A DNA stretch of 64,000 nt from contig JBAZJW010000001.1 of NCBI GenBank assembly GCA_041651055.1, positions 84,737-148,736 of the forward strand, in the 5' to 3' direction. The notes under the pieces are model-generated. The model saw only the letters and a list, made by a program, of their open reading frames with translations. It was not told where the DNA came from and ran no database searches. Origin of the DNA: Minisyncoccota bacterium (lineage in GTDB: Bacteria > Patescibacteriota > Minisyncoccia > Phycocordibacterales > UBA5272). Shown in pieces: positions 18,286-28,911 of this stretch (position 1 is its first letter; each line of letters starts with the position of its first letter). Made by a program: the position numbers and the translations under genes.

Positions 18286-21200
18286 ATGAAAACTATGCAA
18301 GAAAAAGTAAAAAACCTATACAAAAAATTTGTATACCCACATCTTTTTCACGGGGATAAGCAGCGATACATACGAGATATATCAATAATTTCAGCAACGG
18401 TCATTGCTGTTATCTTTTTTGTTGGATACAAATCTGAAGCGGCGACATATAACTTCGTACAAGCGAGTTGGGCTGGTGGACTTACTGCAAATAATGCTGG
18501 ACATACATCTAACAGAACAGGCTGGACACAGTACGCAAGTTCTACAGGGGTGACAGCGAATTCTACGGTGAGCTTGGCTTTAACAGAGGTATCTGCAGTT
18601 GATGGAAATGCATTAGTTCCACTGGCGACACCAACAATATCTACAGGTGGTGGGCCACGAGGTGTTGCAGTGTCTCCAGATGGACTGCATACATACGTGG
18701 CAAATAATGTTGGTAATACTATTTTAATGTACAGTCGCAATACCTCAACTGGTGCTCTTACCGCTTTGGCTACTCCCACCATTGCTGCAGGAAGTAACCC
18801 TTACGGAATAGTAGTTTCACCAGACGGAACATCTGTATATGTTACAAATAATGGAGGGACTACTATTTCCATGTATAGTCGTAATGCTTCGACTGGTGCT
18901 CTTACTGCTTTAGCTACTCCCACAATTGCAGCTGGAACGAATCCAAGAGGAATTGTAATTTCTGCAGATGGTACCTCTGTGTATACGGTTAACACTGGTA
19001 GCAATACCGTGTCTATGTATAGTCGTAATGTTTCAACCGGAGCACTCACCGCTTTAGCTACTCCAACTATTGCTACGGGTTCAGGTCCGTACCAGTTAGC
19101 CATCTCTCCTGATGGTACATCTGTGTATGTTCCGAATGTTAACGCTAGTACACTCTCTATGTATAGTCGTAATACTTCAACTGGCGCTCTTACTGCTTTA
19201 GCTACACCAACAATTACCACCGGAACAACTCCGATGGGTGTAAGTGTTTCTCCTAACGGAGCTTCGGTTTATGTATTGAATTATTCAGCGGCTACTATTT
19301 CAATGTATAGTCGCAATACTTCAACTGGTGCTCTTACCGCTTTGGCTACTCCTACTGTTGCTGCAGGGACGAATCCGTATTCTGTGAATTCTTCTTCCGA
19401 CGGCACTCGGGTATATGTTGTTAATTACGGAGGGTCTAGTCTTTATGTGTATAATCGCAATACTACAACAGGAGTCCTTACTCTTTTAACTATCCCCACT
19501 ATTCCAATGGGGGCGAATCCTTCAGAGTCAGGTATATCAGCAGATGGTTCTTCTCTGTATGTTTCAACTCCATCTGGAAATATTTATATGTATAGACGCC
19601 CAATCGCTGGCGGGGCTACTGGTTTTGAATATGGGACTCATTCATCAACCATTCTTTCTTCAAGTGGAATAACTTTATCAAATCTTGGAGCACTTACTGC
19701 TTTAGCTACTCCAACTATTTCTTCCGGTTCCACACCAGAAGGAGTTACTGTTTCTCCTGACGGGGCTTCCGCCTATGCTGTAAACAGTGGTAGTAATAAT
19801 GTTTCTATGTATAGTCGTAATATATCAACAGGAGCACTTACTGCACTCGCTACACCGACAATTGCCAGTGGATTTTCTCCTCAAAAGGCAGCTATTTCTC
19901 CAGATGGTACTTCTGTGTATGTAACAAATGCGAGTAGTAATACTATTTCTATGTACAGTCGTAATGTCTCAACTGGCGCTCTTACCGCTTTGGCTACTCC
20001 CACCATTGCTGCAGGGACAAATTTACGAGATATAGTAGTTTCTTCAGATGGAATATCTGTATATGCTGTAAGTCTTGGTAATAGTACTGTTTACATGTAC
20101 AGTCGCAATACTTCAACTGGCGCTCTTACAGCTTTAGCTACTCCCACCATTGCTGCGGTGGCGAGTCCTATGGGGGTAGCTATTTCTTCAGATGGAACAT
20201 CAGTATATGTGACTAATAGTGGAACTCCGTATGGGCTCTCTATGTACAGTCGCAATACTTCAACTGGCGCTCTTACTGCTTTAGCTACCCCTACAATTAG
20301 TACGGGGGTGTATCCGACAGAGGTGAAAGTATCAGGTGACGGTCTTTCTGTTTATGTTACAAACGGTCAATCTTCAACTGTGTCTATGTATAGTCGTAAC
20401 ACCGGAACTGGAGCTCTTACTGCTTTAGCTACTCCCACAATTGCTGCGGGATCAACTCCGGCAGGTTTGGTTATTTCTGCAGACGGTTTATCTGTTTACG
20501 TAACAAATCAAAATGGTGATAGTATTTCCATGTATAGTCGCAATACTTCAACTGGTGCTCTTACGGCACTTCCTGTTTCGACTATAGCTACAGGGTCTCT
20601 CCCAAGGAGTATGGCTATCTCTGCAGATGGCTTGTCTGTATACGCTATCAACTATTCTTCTAACACAGTTTCGATGTACACGCGCGCCACTTCTGTGGTT
20701 TCAGGCACTTTTACCTCAGCGGTTATTGATACTACAACAACATCTAGTTTTTCTACTGTTTCTTATGTAGCCACAACCCCAGCAAATACTTCTGTAACAG
20801 TAGATGTGCGTGCGGGGAATACTTCGTCACCGGATGGTACATGGACAGCATGGCAGACAGGTCTCTCAAGCGGAGCTAGTATTTCTTCTTTAAGCGGTAA
20901 CAGATATGCACAATATCGACTCAATCTTTCGAATACTGACGGTGCAAGTATTCCTGTTGTTTCAACAGTATCACTTAATTATGGACAATATACATCCTCT
21001 GGATATCTCATTTCATCTCCTTTTGATTCTGGTTCTACAGGAAATATTGTAAGTCATATCGCGTGGACTGCCACAACTCCGTCAGGTACGGTTGTAAAAT
21101 TCCAAGTGCGTACCGCACCAGATGCTGCAGGTGCTCCTGGTACATGGTCGGAATGGGTTGGGCCAGATGGAACAAGTGCTACGTATTTTACAGATAGCAC

Positions 21201-24200
21201 TGGTGCTGAAAATATGCCAGCAGCATTTTTAGATGCAAGTAATGATCAATGGTTTCAGTACAAAGCATTCCTCACCACATCAAGTACAAACGCTCCCACT
21301 TTAACAGATACTACTGTTACGTATGTAGTAAACGCCCCTCCTGATTTTGATGCAACGTTTGGAACAAATGGAATAATTGTAGAACAAATTGCTACGTCTA
21401 CAGATGCGAATCTTGGTAAGGTTTCTATTGAATACAAAATACGAGATACAGATACAACAACAGGATCTGTAACACCAGGATTTATTACACCATCATTTGA
21501 ATATAATATTGGCGCTGGTTGGGTTGCTATTACCTCAGGGAACATGGCTTCGTCTTCCGTTACGAATAAAGCAGTTTCGGAAGTCGGATACAACACCTAC
21601 ACCGCATACTTCGATGCAGCTTCTGCTTTACCCGATACGTATTCTACGTCTGCTCAGATACGTGTGAAATTAAACGATAACGAAGGTGCGAATAATATTA
21701 CGTACGCCACATCAAGTGCATTTATTCTCGACACTCGCACACCAACAGTTACGAATTTCCACGTGAACGGAGCAAGTGCAACAAGTACGGTAAGTTTCAA
21801 TGTGACGGATGATACGAATATTAAAGATTATACGCTTTCAAATAATGTAGACTTTACTCCGGACGGTAGTAATGCTTCGAGTGGGATAGCACAGGTGGTG
21901 GATAACGTGATGCTCACTGTTGCTATGCCGTGGATTCCGACAGGAACATCTTCAAAAATTGTGTATCTTAAAGTACAAGATAAAAGAGGAAACATCAGAA
22001 CTTCACAAGTCTCTATTCCTGCTACACCATCAAATATTCAGTATCGAGATATTTCAAACCAAGAGACCAGTAGTTATCGAGAATTTATCGCTTGGAACGT
22101 ATATCCAGATCCAGCGCCAGCAGGTGCAGCTTTTAAGAGTTATGAATTATATTATTCAGATAATGGTACTGATTACTCTTTGCTCTATACAAGTACAAAC
22201 CCTACAATTAACTATTACATTCATACACCGGTATCGACAAGTACACTCTATTATTACAAAGTCGCATTCACCACACAGAATGATGACCGCACACTTTTTT
22301 CTACTGTTGTGAGTGATATACCAGATGGTAAAGGTGGAACAAATAATGGTGCAGTGCCAATTATCACAAACGTCGCCGTGTCAGATGTCAAAAACACTTC
22401 AGCTAAAGTAACGTGGACAACGGATGACCTTGCTCTTTCTGAAGTGGATTATGGTACGAGTATTTCGTATGGACATGTTCAGCAAAGCAGATCCTATGTA
22501 ACTAGTCATTCTGTGTATATAACCGGTCTTACACCGAACACTCAGTATTATGTGCGTGCACGCTCCATTGATATTTATAGTGGAACAGCAACAGATAATA
22601 ATAATGGTGCAGGGTATACATTCACAACAGCTGGTGGTCCTGTTATTTCAAACGTAACTGCAAGTAGTATTTCAGACGGCTCTGCGACTATTTCTTGGAA
22701 CACATCGACATCATCTGATTCGTATGTGGCGTACAGTACAAGTCCTTCTCTTGCATCATATACAGAAGTCGGAAGTGCAACTTTAGTTGATGGTAGTGCT
22801 GGTGTGTATCAACACCGCGTAACGGTGACAGGACTTTCTGCAGACACAACGTATTATTTCCAAGTGAAATCAACAGCTGACGGCAATACAACAATAGATA
22901 CAAATAATAATTCATATTATAGTTTCAGAACAACATACGATACGATTGCTCCTGTTATTACGGATGTCCTTGCTCCAGTGCGCGCATCTACAGGTGCGGT
23001 TATTACATGGAAAACTGATGAACTTTCTACGACTCAAGTTGAGTATGGTACTGTCGCATCTACAACATCTGGAAGCTATGAATCTCAAACCGTCGCCGTA
23101 ACAACTCCTTCTATTTTCCACGCGATGACGCTTTCGAGTGAAACCTTAAAATTAGGAGGAGGGACAAATGCACTCGCAAAGCTGACGGCATACTATTATC
23201 GTGTAAAATCAACTGACCAAGCCGGAAATAGTTCATACTCTGCGGAAAATACCTTCACCACAACAGAAGACGGAGCGACGACAATTACCTACGGTAGTGG
23301 AGGTGCTGTGGAGGCAGCAAAGCCGGACACAAAACGTGCCACCATTTCTGACATAGATGTCACTGATATTACGCCGTTTAGTGCAACGATTTCATTTAAA
23401 ACAGATGAAAGCACTTTGGGTATCATACAGTATGGAGATGCTATTCCTTACGACCATAACACAGGAGGTATATCGTATGCTTCGGCACACAAGATAACTC
23501 TTTCTGCGCTTAAAACAGGAACAACATACAATTACAGTATTAATGTTATCGATACATCGGGAAATGTGACACAATCGTCAAATGCTACTTTCAAAACAAC
23601 GAACATCGCAGAAAATCTCGGCAACCTTCTTAAGGTGGATACAACGCTTAATGACCTTACACAAAAAGTAGAAGACTTAGTGGCTTCGGCATTGCCATCA
23701 ATTAATCCACCTTTTATCGACACTCCAATTGTAGATGCTATCGGGGAAGATTTCGCTACCGTGTCTTGGAAAACAAACGTAAAATCCTACGGTTCCATAT
23801 TGTATGCTGAAGATAAGACGTTTATACAAGATGGAAAGTATACAGGTGAACAGACAAAAACTGATGCAAAAATAACCGAACACACCATTGATCTTGATAA
23901 TCTAAAACCAAATACAAAATATCACTTCAAGGTGAAGTCATATGTATTTTTGGGTGCCGCGGCACAGTCAGAAGATATGACCTTTGTAACAAAAGCAGAA
24001 AAGGTTGTAGCAAGAGTTTCTGATAGAAAAAAAGATTCCATGAAAGTTTTGTGGACAACTAAAGAGCCGACAACCTCCGTTGTGAATTACAAAAAGAAAG
24101 GAAGTGCTTCAGCAACAAAGAAAACAGACGGTTCAATGACTACATCGCATGAGCTTCTTCTTGATAATCTAGCTCCTGCAACGACCTACGAGATACAGGC

Positions 24201-24657
24201 CTACGGAGTAACTGTAGATGGTAATACTGTGGACACAAAAGACACCATTATCGCAAGTACAAATGAAGATGTGACATCTCCTGCAATTTCTAATTTCAAA
24301 GTAGATAGTGCTCTTGTTCCTGGAAGAAATGACAGAACGCAGACGATTGTCTCTTGGAAAACAGATGAGCCTGCTACATCAGTCGTTCGCTATGAAGAAG
24401 GTTCCGGGTCTCTCACCTCTACACTTTCTCTTGTAAAAGAAGATAACTCAACATACGTAACAAGCCATGTGGTGATTCTCACAAATCTAAAACCAGCCAC
24501 GGTATATCGTTTCCAAATTATCTCTGCTGATGATGCGAACAATACAACACGACTACCAATTCGTACCATCGTAACTCCAAGTCAAAGTGAGTCAGTCGTG
24601 GATGTCATTTTCAAAAACTTTGACGATACATTTAAATTTATGAGAACTGTCCAATAG
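18286..24657 (+). CDS. Giant surface protein: N-terminal TM, two 7-bladed beta-propellers (lactonase/YVTN-like) and many Fn3/Ig-like domains
   Basis: 14 repeats of about 47 aa (YSRNTSTGALTALATPTI..P.G...SPDGTSVYV). Repeated W.TD...S.V.YG...H.V....L...T.YYY.V.S units follow. Confidence 0.85.
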   Translation: MKTMQEKVKNLYKKFVYPHLFHGDKQRYIRDISIISATVIAVIFFVGYKSEAATYNFVQASWAGGLTANNAGHTSNRTGWTQYASSTGVTANSTVSLALTEVSAVDGNALVPLATPTISTGGGPRGVAVSPDGLHTYVANNVGNTILMYSRNTSTGALTALATPTIAAGSNPYGIVVSPDGTSVYVTNNGGTTISMYSRNASTGALTALATPTIAAGTNPRGIVISADGTSVYTVNTGSNTVSMYSRNVSTGALTALATPTIATGSGPYQLAISPDGTSVYVPNVNASTLSMYSRNTSTGALTALATPTITTGTTPMGVSVSPNGASVYVLNYSAATISMYSRNTSTGALTALATPTVAAGTNPYSVNSSSDGTRVYVVNYGGSSLYVYNRNTTTGVLTLLTIPTIPMGANPSESGISADGSSLYVSTPSGNIYMYRRPIAGGATGFEYGTHSSTILSSSGITLSNLGALTALATPTISSGSTPEGVTVSPDGASAYAVNSGSNNVSMYSRNISTGALTALATPTIASGFSPQKAAISPDGTSVYVTNASSNTISMYSRNVSTGALTALATPTIAAGTNLRDIVVSSDGISVYAVSLGNSTVYMYSRNTSTGALTALATPTIAAVASPMGVAISSDGTSVYVTNSGTPYGLSMYSRNTSTGALTALATPTISTGVYPTEVKVSGDGLSVYVTNGQSSTVSMYSRNTGTGALTALATPTIAAGSTPAGLVISADGLSVYVTNQNGDSISMYSRNTSTGALTALPVSTIATGSLPRSMAISADGLSVYAINYSSNTVSMYTRATSVVSGTFTSAVIDTTTTSSFSTVSYVATTPANTSVTVDVRAGNTSSPDGTWTAWQTGLSSGASISSLSGNRYAQYRLNLSNTDGASIPVVSTVSLNYGQYTSSGYLISSPFDSGSTGNIVSHIAWTATTPSGTVVKFQVRTAPDAAGAPGTWSEWVGPDGTSATYFTDSTGAENMPAAFLDASNDQWFQYKAFLTTSSTNAPTLTDTTVTYVVNAPPDFDATFGTNGIIVEQIATSTDANLGKVSIEYKIRDTDTTTGSVTPGFITPSFEYNIGAGWVAITSGNMASSSVTNKAVSEVGYNTYTAYFDAASALPDTYSTSAQIRVKLNDNEGANNITYATSSAFILDTRTPTVTNFHVNGASATSTVSFNVTDDTNIKDYTLSNNVDFTPDGSNASSGIAQVVDNVMLTVAMPWIPTGTSSKIVYLKVQDKRGNIRTSQVSIPATPSNIQYRDISNQETSSYREFIAWNVYPDPAPAGAAFKSYELYYSDNGTDYSLLYTSTNPTINYYIHTPVSTSTLYYYKVAFTTQNDDRTLFSTVVSDIPDGKGGTNNGAVPIITNVAVSDVKNTSAKVTWTTDDLALSEVDYGTSISYGHVQQSRSYVTSHSVYITGLTPNTQYYVRARSIDIYSGTATDNNNGAGYTFTTAGGPVISNVTASSISDGSATISWNTSTSSDSYVAYSTSPSLASYTEVGSATLVDGSAGVYQHRVTVTGLSADTTYYFQVKSTADGNTTIDTNNNSYYSFRTTYDTIAPVITDVLAPVRASTGAVITWKTDELSTTQVEYGTVASTTSGSYESQTVAVTTPSIFHAMTLSSETLKLGGGTNALAKLTAYYYRVKSTDQAGNSSYSAENTFTTTEDGATTITYGSGGAVEAAKPDTKRATISDIDVTDITPFSATISFKTDESTLGIIQYGDAIPYDHNTGGISYASAHKITLSALKTGTTYNYSINVIDTSGNVTQSSNATFKTTNIAENLGNLLKVDTTLNDLTQKVEDLVASALPSINPPFIDTPIVDAIGEDFATVSWKTNVKSYGSILYAEDKTFIQDGKYTGEQTKTDAKITEHTIDLDNLKPNTKYHFKVKSYVFLGAAAQSEDMTFVTKAEKVVARVSDRKKDSMKVLWTTKEPTTSVVNYKKKGSASATKKTDGSMTTSHELLLDNLAPATTYEIQAYGVTVDGNTVDTKDTIIASTNEDVTSPAISNFKVDSALVPGRNDRTQTIVSWKTDEPATSVVRYEEGSGSLTSTLSLVKEDNSTYVTSHVVILTNLKPATVYRFQIISADDANNTTRLPIRTIVTPSQSESVVDVIFKNFDDTFKFMRTVQ

Positions 24658-24660
24658 TCT

Positions 24661-25986
24661 ATGAGCGCCGAACCAATTATCACCATTAAAGATGTAAACC
24701 TTTGGTATGAAAAGGGAAAACCTGCAGAAGTCCAGGCTCTTAAAAACATAACCTTAAACATCGAGAAAGGGGACTATGTTTCTTTCTTTGGGCCTTCGGG
24801 ATGCGGCAAGACAACCATGCTTTATGCTATTGCGGGGATCGACCAGTATCAGTCTGGAGATGTTTTTGTGAATGGTAAAAAAATGACAGGCTTATCAAAA
24901 AAAGATTTAGCAATTTTTCGTCAGAATGGTATTGGTATTGTTTTTCAACAATTCAACCTTCTTCCATCGCTCACGGTATTGCAAAACGTCGCGCTTCCGA
25001 TGTCTTTCTTAGGATTGTCATCCGATGAAGCGGAGAAAAATGCCAAAAAGCTATTGGAAAGACTGGCTCTTTTACCGTATGCTAATCGTCACCCATTTGA
25101 ACTTTCTGGGGGACAGCAGCAACGTGTGGGTATTGCGCGTGCCCTTGCGAATGATCCTCCTATCATCATCGCAGATGAACCACTTGGAAACTTGGACTCG
25201 GTGAACGCTCAAAACGTACTCGCTTTCTTGAAAGAACTTAATGAAAAAGATGGACGTACTATTATCATGGTGACGCACGAAGCATGGAGTCTTCGCGATG
25301 TAAAAACTATTTTTTATATGAAGGACGGAACGGTAACAGAAACCGAAAAGCCTTCTGGAAAATCTATTGCTGATTCGTTGAAGGATCACTTGAATGAACA
25401 GTTAGGTGGTGTGAACGGGTCATCTGCCTCATCAGTTGAAATGACGGCGCGAGTTCTTTCTAACTTCCTGCTTCGTGGGTATACGTTAGATGAAGTTTCT
25501 AGATTTGAGGTACTTCTCAATGACCGCCTCTCAGGAAAAACAACAGCAAAAGAATTTCTTGCATCGATTCATTCACCACTTGCCTCTGGAGGTATAGGGT
25601 TGTGGAATCAAAAAGCAAAACGAATAGCGCATTATGTTGACAAAGTAATGGAAACCAAAAAAGAAATACACGAAGTGCTTCATCATCTAGAAGAGAATCC
25701 AGAAATAGCAATACACGATGAAGTGTGTCGTGTACGAAATTGGCTTTTGCAAAGTGATGAAGCTGCAGATTTGTCTCACGATCAAATACAATCGCTCGAT
25801 CAAGTTGTGTCTGATCGTATGCGTGGCTATCTTACCGCGGAACAGTTCGTAGAAATTCTAGATTTACCGTTATCAAAATGGGGAGCAGGTCTCTCGACAC
25901 ATCACGCAAAAGTTCTTAGTGAGAAATTGGAAAGTTTTTTGAGTAACGATTACGAATTGCCAGAAACTAAGCACACTCATTCATAA
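24661..25986 (+). CDS. LolD/MacB-type ABC ATPase with an approximately 210-aa C-terminal extension
   Basis: [27 protein letters not shown], then an extra helical domain. Confidence 0.88.
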   Translation: MSAEPIITIKDVNLWYEKGKPAEVQALKNITLNIEKGDYVSFFGPSGCGKTTMLYAIAGIDQYQSGDVFVNGKKMTGLSKKDLAIFRQNGIGIVFQQFNLLPSLTVLQNVALPMSFLGLSSDEAEKNAKKLLERLALLPYANRHPFELSGGQQQRVGIARALANDPPIIIADEPLGNLDSVNAQNVLAFLKELNEKDGRTIIMVTHEAWSLRDVKTIFYMKDGTVTETEKPSGKSIADSLKDHLNEQLGGVNGSSASSVEMTARVLSNFLLRGYTLDEVSRFEVLLNDRLSGKTTAKEFLASIHSPLASGGIGLWNQKAKRIAHYVDKVMETKKEIHEVLHHLEENPEIAIHDEVCRVRNWLLQSDEAADLSHDQIQSLDQVVSDRMRGYLTAEQFVEILDLPLSKWGAGLSTHHAKVLSEKLESFLSNDYELPETKHTHS

Positions 25987-25989
25987 TAT

Positions 25990-27201
25990 ATGTCAGGACA
26001 CACACTACAATTTAGGGAGCTTCTCAGATTATCATTACGAACATTTCGTACGAAGCCCGCACGTGCCATCCTTACCATTTTGGGTATGTCTGTTGGTATT
26101 GGAACCGTACTCTTTTTGATTTCACTTGGATACGGCCTTCAATACATTCTTATTGGTAAATTGATAACCACTGAAGACTCTTTGATTACGATGGAAATTT
26201 CGTATCCAACGGAAAGTAATTTGGTTATCAAAAAAGAAACACTCGACAGACTGCACGGGTACCAGGATGTTTCTGAGGTGAGTCCTGTTGCCAGCTTTCC
26301 AGGAGAGGTGAGTGTGAGTGAAAACTCCGGACTTCTCGCCGATACACTTATCGTAGAGCCTTCGTACTTTCGTTTGGCTGGTATAAGTCCTGAAATCGGT
26401 GCAATTCCAAAAGCAGAAGATAATGGAGTGATACTTTCAAAGCAAACAATTATTCCTATCGGACTTGTAGCAGACCAGACAGCTCTTACAAAAAAACTCG
26501 GCTTGAAAGTTTTCTATCAAGACGATGCTACTGGAATATCTCAAGAAGTTATCTCTTCTATTCCCATGTCTATTTCTGGACTTATTATGGATGACACATT
26601 ACAACCGCAAGTGATTGTCTTTGCGAACTCTCTTTCGGCAGATCCTCCTTTTTATAGAAAGGCTTTAGTAAAGGCAAGGAATATTGATGTCGTTGAGATA
26701 TTACGAGATAAGCTTATCAATGAAGGATTTTTGGTCTCCGCACGTATCGACTTGGTGAATCAGGCACGAAAAATTACGAATGTGATTACTATCGTGCTCG
26801 GTGTGTTTGGTATTACAGCACTTATCGTGTCTGCTATTGGAATGTTTAATACAATGATTGTTGGATTCATGGAAAGAACCTACGAAGTAGGCATCCTTAA
26901 ATCTATTGGTGCGACAGATGGTGACGTGCGTAATTTGTTTTTGGTTGAGTCTACGATGATGGGACTGCTTGGTGGTGTGGGCGGTATCGCCATAGGAATG
27001 GTTGCAGGAAATGGACTGAATCTTCTTCTGAACGTCTGGGCTAAAAGTTTGGGCGGCAAAGGGTTTCAATTATTTTTGACCCCATGGTGGTTTATTGTAC
27101 TTATTTTAGTGTTATCACTTTTCATTGGACTTATTTCTGGTCTATGGCCAGCATATAGAGCGTCAAAATTATCACCAAAGGAAGCGTTTACGAGAAGATA
27201 A
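25990..27201 (+). CDS. FtsX/MacB-family ABC permease
   Basis: LTILGMSVGIG, GMFNTM..ERTYEVGILKSIGA, PAYRASKLSP. Confidence 0.9.
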   Translation: MSGHTLQFRELLRLSLRTFRTKPARAILTILGMSVGIGTVLFLISLGYGLQYILIGKLITTEDSLITMEISYPTESNLVIKKETLDRLHGYQDVSEVSPVASFPGEVSVSENSGLLADTLIVEPSYFRLAGISPEIGAIPKAEDNGVILSKQTIIPIGLVADQTALTKKLGLKVFYQDDATGISQEVISSIPMSISGLIMDDTLQPQVIVFANSLSADPPFYRKALVKARNIDVVEILRDKLINEGFLVSARIDLVNQARKITNVITIVLGVFGITALIVSAIGMFNTMIVGFMERTYEVGILKSIGATDGDVRNLFLVESTMMGLLGGVGGIAIGMVAGNGLNLLLNVWAKSLGGKGFQLFLTPWWFIVLILVLSLFIGLISGLWPAYRASKLSPKEAFTRR

Positions 27202-27213
27202 GGGAAGGTGGGC

Positions 27214-27330
27214 AGCTGGAAGCTAGAAGACAGAAGCTACATACAATACAAGGAGCGGCCACGAAGTGGCCGCTCCTTGTATTGTCTTCTTCTTCAAGCT
27301 TCCAGCTTTTAGCTTTCATCTTCCAGCTGG
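27214..27330. repeat. Family A palindrome (27243-27285) nested between inverted AGCTGGA/TTCCAGC heptamer arrays
   Basis: ACAATACAAGGAGCGGCCAC-GAA-GTGGCCGCTCCTTGTATTGT with an array on each side. Confidence 0.8.
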
Positions 27331-27354
27331 GCTTACTCATGGTATACTTTTCTC

Positions 27355-28905
27355 ATGCAATTTCTTATTGATACCGCACTTACCTTATTGTATCTTTGTG
27401 CATTCTTGCTTCTGTCAGCGTGGACATGGCGTTTTTGGAAAATGTATGTCGTTCAGAAAAAGATGCACAATCTTGGTGCGGATACTATTATTGCCGAGAT
27501 TAAACTTCCTCGAGACATTATGAAGTCTCCTCTTGCGATGGAGACGGCTTTAACCTTTTTAATTCAAGGGGGAGGAGTGAATACATGGTATAAAAGAAAT
27601 TTTCTTGGTAATTTACCTATTCAATTTTCTTTAGAAATAGCATCCCTTGAAGGAGTTATCCATTTTTATGTTCGCATGGAGAGAAGACATTTCCCTCTCG
27701 TGCAGGCTAGTCTTTATGGGCAGTATCCGGGTATAGAAATTGTAGAGACAGATGATTACACGAGACTTATTCGTTATCACCACCTTTCAAAAGATGTAGA
27801 TATGTGGGGATCGACCTATACACTAGGAAAAACATGGAAACCAAATGATGATAAGGGGCAGCCATACAAAAAAGATGGAAAAGACTATGAAATGCCAGCT
27901 GATTATTTGTCGATTAAGACATACGTTGATTATGGTCTTGATAAAGACCCAAAAGAAGAATTTAAAGTTGACCCAATTACACCACTTCTAGAATTCATGG
28001 GGAGTGTCGGAAAGGGTGAGTATGTATGGTATCAAGTAATTGCCCAAGATGAGGCCGCTTTTAATGCGAAAACGACAACCGAAAAAGGAAAGAAATTTTT
28101 GAAAACGTATCTTAACGAGGTGACACATGAACACTGGTCTCTCTCTGATATTGCAAATAAAAGAAAGGAGCAGATTCGCAAAGTTAGAAAGATAAAAGAA
28201 GGGGATGTCGCGTATGATCTTCAATATGGTAACCCTATTCAAAAGACAACAGTAGGGCCAGATGGTAAAACTATTCTTGATAATTTAAAATACGGAGAAG
28301 ATAGAGAAGTTAAGTCTCGAGAAGGAGAGCTTACTATAGAAGAAAAAGATGAAATCGAAGTCATTAATCATAAATTATCTAAACCCCTGGTGCGTGCCGT
28401 TGTTCGGCTTATTTATGTTTCCAAAAAAGAAGTGTTTAACAGCCAGAACATTGCTTACTTCTTTAGTATTATGAAACCTTTTAGTGATCCAAGTCCAATT
28501 CGTAATGGATTTAATCCGAACGTTATCGATCCATACGATTATCCATGGCAAAACTTTATGGATAGACGTGTGCCGTGGCGTAAAGAAGAGAAGTTCGAGG
28601 CCTATGTCGAACGAGAAGGATTCTTTCCTCATGTTGTAGACGAGGCTATCACTCCTGCTTTTTCAATTCAAGCTATGGAAGATAGATTTTTCTGGTATTC
28701 ATCAATGCGTACACGTAAAATATTCCGTCTTCTCTATCAGGCGATATTCAAGCCGTTCTATCATCCACAACCAGATGAGGTGATTGTACTGAACCTTGAA
28801 GAAGTGGCGACACTCTGGCACTTTCCTGGCGCTGTCGCGAACACTCCTACACTTCCACGTATCGATAGTACGAAGGGTATGGCTCCTGTTAATTTGCCAC
28901 AGTAA
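27355..28905 (+). CDS. Conserved CPR membrane-anchored protein of unknown function
   Basis: N-terminal TM, EIKLPR..KSPLAME, FSLEIAS..G.IHFY, QYPGIEI, LNLEEVATLWHFP. Resembles the N-terminal regions of CPR VirD4/TraD-associated proteins. Confidence 0.65.
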   Translation: MQFLIDTALTLLYLCAFLLLSAWTWRFWKMYVVQKKMHNLGADTIIAEIKLPRDIMKSPLAMETALTFLIQGGGVNTWYKRNFLGNLPIQFSLEIASLEGVIHFYVRMERRHFPLVQASLYGQYPGIEIVETDDYTRLIRYHHLSKDVDMWGSTYTLGKTWKPNDDKGQPYKKDGKDYEMPADYLSIKTYVDYGLDKDPKEEFKVDPITPLLEFMGSVGKGEYVWYQVIAQDEAAFNAKTTTEKGKKFLKTYLNEVTHEHWSLSDIANKRKEQIRKVRKIKEGDVAYDLQYGNPIQKTTVGPDGKTILDNLKYGEDREVKSREGELTIEEKDEIEVINHKLSKPLVRAVVRLIYVSKKEVFNSQNIAYFFSIMKPFSDPSPIRNGFNPNVIDPYDYPWQNFMDRRVPWRKEEKFEAYVEREGFFPHVVDEAITPAFSIQAMEDRFFWYSSMRTRKIFRLLYQAIFKPFYHPQPDEVIVLNLEEVATLWHFPGAVANTPTLPRIDSTKGMAPVNLPQ

Positions 28906-28911
28906 TTCTTT

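Noticed and set aside
18610-20690. Regularly spaced DNA repeats resembling a CRISPR array
   Set aside because: The period is about 141 bp, in frame within a 2123-aa ORF with synonymous variation, and no cas genes are present.
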